From Rothia sp. (in: high G+C Gram-positive bacteria) (GTDB lineage: Bacteria > Actinomycetota > Actinomycetes > Actinomycetales > Micrococcaceae): 64,000 bases of DNA. Of the stretch, positions 60,455-64,000 are shown piece by piece (within the stretch, counting starts at the first letter, position 1; every line of letters begins with the position of its first letter). The notes under the pieces were generated by a model. It saw only the letters and a list, made by a program, of their open reading frames with translations. It was not told the origin of the DNA and did not search any database. Made by a program: the position numbers and the translations under genes. The stretch covers positions 290,130-354,129 of the forward strand of contig NZ_JAUNVZ010000001.1 of the NCBI RefSeq assembly GCF_030540545.1. Direction: 5' to 3'.

Positions 60455-61357
60455 ATGAGCACCCCCGATTACTCACCCCTGGCCGCAGAAGAACTCACCG
60501 ACGAAGTTCAGGAACTGCTCAGCACCCGCATAGTGCCCGAAGCCGATGCCGCAGCGGCAGCTCGACGCCGCGCCAAAGCTCCCGAAAGCCACCTGGCACT
60601 GGTGCGCCGCGCCCGCAAGATCAACCGCATCCTGGGGGCGACCTACCCCTATGCCGTGGCGGAACTAGACTTTGATAACCCCTTTGAGCTGCTGGTTGCC
60701 ACCGTGCTCTCTGCCCAAACCACCGATGTGCGCGTCAACGCCGCAACCCCCGCCCTCTTTGCCGCCTACCCCAATGCTGCCGCTTTAGCCGCTGCCAGCC
60801 AAGAAGAAGTAGAACCCTATGTGCAATCCCTGGGCTTCTACCGCGCCAAAGCACGCTCCATTATTGGCCTCTCCCGCGCCCTGGATAGCGAATACAATGG
60901 GCAGGTACCCGCCGATGTGGACAAGCTGGTCAAACTACCCGGCGTGGGACGAAAAACCGCAAACGTGGTGCTCGGTAACGCCTTTGGCAAGCCGGGACTG
61001 ACCGTCGACACCCACTTTGGGCGCCTAGCACGTCGCCTGGGATTCACCCGTGAGGAAGAACCCGAAAAAGTAGAGCGCGATGTGCAAGAACTATTTGAAC
61101 CGCGCGATTGGACTCAGCTATCCCACCGCCTGGTCTACCACGGCCGCCGCATCTGCCACGCCCGCAAACCCGCCTGCGGAGTATGCCCCATTGCCGACCT
61201 ATGCCCCTCCTACGGGGAAGGGGAGACGGATGAGCGCGCAGCCCGTAAACTAATGAAATACGAAATGACGCCCGGCCGCGAACGCCTACATCTGCGCATG
61301 CTGCAGGGCGCCACCCGCCGAGAGCTCATCGCCGAAGGATACCCCCTCAATGCCTAA
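60455..61357 (+). CDS. nth: Endonuclease III
   Basis: LSAQTTD, HhH LPGVGRKTANV, VDTH, Fe-S CHARKPACGVCPIADLC. Confidence 0.96.
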   Translation: MSTPDYSPLAAEELTDEVQELLSTRIVPEADAAAAARRRAKAPESHLALVRRARKINRILGATYPYAVAELDFDNPFELLVATVLSAQTTDVRVNAATPALFAAYPNAAALAAASQEEVEPYVQSLGFYRAKARSIIGLSRALDSEYNGQVPADVDKLVKLPGVGRKTANVVLGNAFGKPGLTVDTHFGRLARRLGFTREEEPEKVERDVQELFEPRDWTQLSHRLVYHGRRICHARKPACGVCPIADLCPSYGEGETDERAARKLMKYEMTPGRERLHLRMLQGATRRELIAEGYPLNA

Positions 61358-62093
61358 TACCTGCCAAGCAGCACGCACCGCCCTCTCCTCGCTAGCCAAC
61401 GGCAGCGTAGAAGTGGATATGCACACCCTGCTCTCCTCCGCACCCGTGGGCGAACTCGCAAAAGAAGCTGCCGTACTGATTCTTTTCGGCGCCCTGGACT
61501 CCACCCCCGCCAGCTCACATTTTGAAGGCTGCCCCACCGAGGTGAGCGAAGAGCTGGATGTGCTGCTGCTGGTGCGCGCCTCCACCCTGCGCTCGCATGC
61601 CGGTCAGCCCGCCTTCCCCGGCGGCAAAATCGACCCGGAAGACTACGAGCAGGCAGAAAGCCAGGGCGTGAGCGTAGCCCATATTGCCGCCCTGCGCGAG
61701 GCAAATGAAGAAACCGGTCTGAACCCCGAGGGCGTTGAAATCCTAGGCCAGCTGCCGGCCCTGCCGCTGCCGGTCAGTGACTTTATGGTCACTCCCGTCA
61801 TCGGTTGGTGGCGCGACCCCAGTGATGTGCAGGTGGTTGATTTTAATGAGTCCGCACTGATTGCCCGCGTGCCTGTGCGGGATCTGCTCAACCCCGCCAA
61901 TCGCCATATGTCCTATGTGCGCCGCGGGGATACTAAGCACCTAACCCCGGCATTCCGCGTGCAGCAGGACGGCCACGAATTTACCGTTTGGGGCTTTACC
62001 GCCATGCTGTTGGATAGTATTTTCAATTCCCTGGGCTGGAGCGTTGAATGGGACCGCAATGATAAGCGCCCCGCACCCGGATTTGAGGACTAA
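61350..62093 (+). CDS. CoA pyrophosphatase (NUDIX, Pcd1 type)
   Basis: AAVLIL, LRSHAGQPAFPGGKID, ALREANEETG, VWGFTA. Confidence 0.9.
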   Translation: MPNTCQAARTALSSLANGSVEVDMHTLLSSAPVGELAKEAAVLILFGALDSTPASSHFEGCPTEVSEELDVLLLVRASTLRSHAGQPAFPGGKIDPEDYEQAESQGVSVAHIAALREANEETGLNPEGVEILGQLPALPLPVSDFMVTPVIGWWRDPSDVQVVDFNESALIARVPVRDLLNPANRHMSYVRRGDTKHLTPAFRVQQDGHEFTVWGFTAMLLDSIFNSLGWSVEWDRNDKRPAPGFED

Positions 62094-62130
62094 GTGTTGC
62101 AGCTCTTACATAGGGCAGACCTGTTATAGA

Positions 62131-62173
62131 AAAGCGCCCCGGCGGCTCAGTATCTGAGCCACCGGGGCGCTTT
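62131..62173. terminator. Bidirectional terminator
   Basis: AAAGCGCCCCGG...CCGGGGCGCTTT between convergent genes. Confidence 0.75.
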
Positions 62174-62183
62174 ATTATGAGCT

Positions 62184-63992
62184 TTATTTCGCCTGATCAT
62201 AGGACTTCACCCGTGCGCAGGAGAGCGGGAAGTCCACGGGAACACGACCAAAAATCAACTCGGCGGCACGGGCTGCGCTCTCACGCACAATATGCTCCAC
62301 CCGATCCATCTCAAAATCAGGGCCGCAGAGTAGTACCTCATCATGCAAAAAATACAGCAGCTTGGTGCTAAAGGGACGGTCGCCCCAGCATTCGGTCAGC
62401 AGGCGCGTGCGAATGAGCCCCATCCAGCAGAGAGCCCACTCCGCGGCGGTACCCTGTACCACAAAATTGCGGGTCATGCGACCAAAAGAAGCGCGGGCAC
62501 TTACGGCGCGAGAAGCAGCTTGAGGACTCGACTGATCATTGACCACCTGCCACCAGCGCTCATCGGGCACGGGCGAGGTGCGACCCAAAAAAGTGGTCAC
62601 CTGACCCCCGGCTTCACCAATACGAGCAGCCCGCTCGGTAAAGTCCATTGCCGCGGGAAAAAGAGCGGCAATATGGGGTAGCAGGGCACCAATTTCACCG
62701 CTGCGGCCGCCGTACATAATGGCGAGCATACCGATTTTCGCCTGGGCGCGCTCGGTCAGAGCAATATTCTTATGAGCCGCCAGGGAAGCAATATTGGAGT
62801 ATAGATCCGCGCCGCGCGCCGCCTGTGCCAAATGCTCATCCCGGCTCAGAGCCGCCAAAATACGCGGTTCAATTTGTGAACCATCGGCAACTAGCAGGCT
62901 GTAGTGCTCCGGGGCAATAATGGAGCCGCGAATCTCTGCCGGTAGTTGCAGAGCACCGCCTCCGGAGGCACCCCAGCGACCGGTGGCGGCGCCTCCGACC
63001 TCAAGCAGCGGGCGGAAACGCTCACCCTGCACCCATTGCTCGGCCCAGCCCCACCCATTGGCGGTAAAAATCCTATAGAGCTTTTTGAACTCAAGAATCG
63101 GGTCAATCAACGCATGGCGGGCTTGGGCCTGATCGGGTTTTTCCTCAGCCCAGGTCAGCAGCTCGTATTTGCGCACACTATTCACCCGCACCCCGGCAGC
63201 CTGCAGGGCTTTGAGCAGTTCCTGGGCGGAGGCTGGGCGCAGGTTCGGGGAGTAGAGGCGAGCGCGTATGATCTCGGTGAGCTCATTGAGTCTGCGGGGG
63301 TATTGACCCTCAGCAGGCTTGGGGCCGAGCAGCTCTTCTAGATGCGCATTGTGGGCGGCGCTGCTAAAGGGCAGGCCGTACTGGGCGATTTCTGCAGCCA
63401 CCAGGGCGCCGGAGGACTCGGCAGCGATTAATAGGGCCATACGCGCGGGGTGAGCGCTGGAGGCAATGGCCTGCAGCTGTATCACTAATTCAGCTAAAAG
63501 AGCGCGTAGAGCGGAGGGAAGTCGCTCTATCAGAGAGGGGACATACTCTTCGGAATTTCTGCGAGAATACAGCTCAAGAGACTCATATAAAGAATCATTA
63601 TTCTCTGTTTTTAGTGGGTTCTGCACGGCATGAGAGCCTGGAGAGTCGGAACCGGAAGAGCCAAAGAAATCATCCCCGAAAAGCTCCTCCTGACCCTCAA
63701 TCTGACGCGCCGACCAGATCGAAGAACGATGCTGTTCACTCTCAACGGCACGCTGCAGATTGTATACCGGAGAGTAGCTGATAAAGCCCGAAGGGTGGGT
63801 GGCAGATTGTGCCAGAATACGCTGAGCCAGGCGCATATCGTGACAGGAGAGCGGACGAGTATCCTGCGCCAAAATCAGGGGCATAATAGTGCGGCTATCT
63901 GCCCACGCCCAGCGCACACTAGGCGTTTGCGGGGAGGCGGAAAAATGGGCCTGCGCGCGCTCAATATAGCGCGCCAGATTCTTAGCCGGCAC
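62184..63992 (-). CDS. Family A DNA polymerase paralog (actinobacterial bifunctional 3'-5' exonuclease/polymerase type)
   Basis: TGRW, motif A VADGSQIEPR, motif B RAQAKIGMLAIMYG, NFVVQGTAAE, motif C LHDEV; the start lies at the window edge and may extend further. Confidence 0.8.
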   Translation of the reverse strand: MPAKNLARYIERAQAHFSASPQTPSVRWAWADSRTIMPLILAQDTRPLSCHDMRLAQRILAQSATHPSGFISYSPVYNLQRAVESEQHRSSIWSARQIEGQEELFGDDFFGSSGSDSPGSHAVQNPLKTENNDSLYESLELYSRRNSEEYVPSLIERLPSALRALLAELVIQLQAIASSAHPARMALLIAAESSGALVAAEIAQYGLPFSSAAHNAHLEELLGPKPAEGQYPRRLNELTEIIRARLYSPNLRPASAQELLKALQAAGVRVNSVRKYELLTWAEEKPDQAQARHALIDPILEFKKLYRIFTANGWGWAEQWVQGERFRPLLEVGGAATGRWGASGGGALQLPAEIRGSIIAPEHYSLLVADGSQIEPRILAALSRDEHLAQAARGADLYSNIASLAAHKNIALTERAQAKIGMLAIMYGGRSGEIGALLPHIAALFPAAMDFTERAARIGEAGGQVTTFLGRTSPVPDERWWQVVNDQSSPQAASRAVSARASFGRMTRNFVVQGTAAEWALCWMGLIRTRLLTECWGDRPFSTKLLYFLHDEVLLCGPDFEMDRVEHIVRESAARAAELIFGRVPVDFPLSCARVKSYDQAK

Positions 63993-64000
63993 CTTATCCG

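Overview
Chromosomal window from a high-GC actinobacterium. Gene content, order and codon style suggest Micrococcaceae, probably Rothia (inference). Core blocks: clpB with an HspR (HAIR) operator; purM-purF and purD-purC; a complete L-lactate module (FadR/LldR-type regulator, lctP, lutABC, two LldR boxes); tRNA-Pro(CGG); and the conserved ponA2/RidA/crp/marP/nth region. Accessory material lies mostly at 4-20.5 kb. (i) An AT-rich two-gene module encodes a secreted beta/gamma-crystallin-like protein and a lipoprotein; neither is called at full length by the ORF track, and both are broken (nonsense codon, homopolymer frameshift). (ii) An ABC-F gene has a leader containing a 3-codon uORF and a U-tract, resembling an attenuator. 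(iii) Four MmpS-domain membrane proteins occur with no mmpL in the window; one is out of frame at a C11 tract. (iv) A sortase-anchored Excalibur protein is frameshifted. (v) DUF4956 + VTC + Cthe_2159-type lipoprotein and NAGPA + GT2-GtrA form two operons that share 11-bp-period CACAGC direct repeats; this is the best candidate for an uncharacterised envelope/polyphosphate system. Two SLH-anchored surface proteins with near-identical SLH DNA lie upstream of the tRNA. No CRISPR array, prophage or transposase was seen. All family assignments come from motif recognition by eye, not from database searches.
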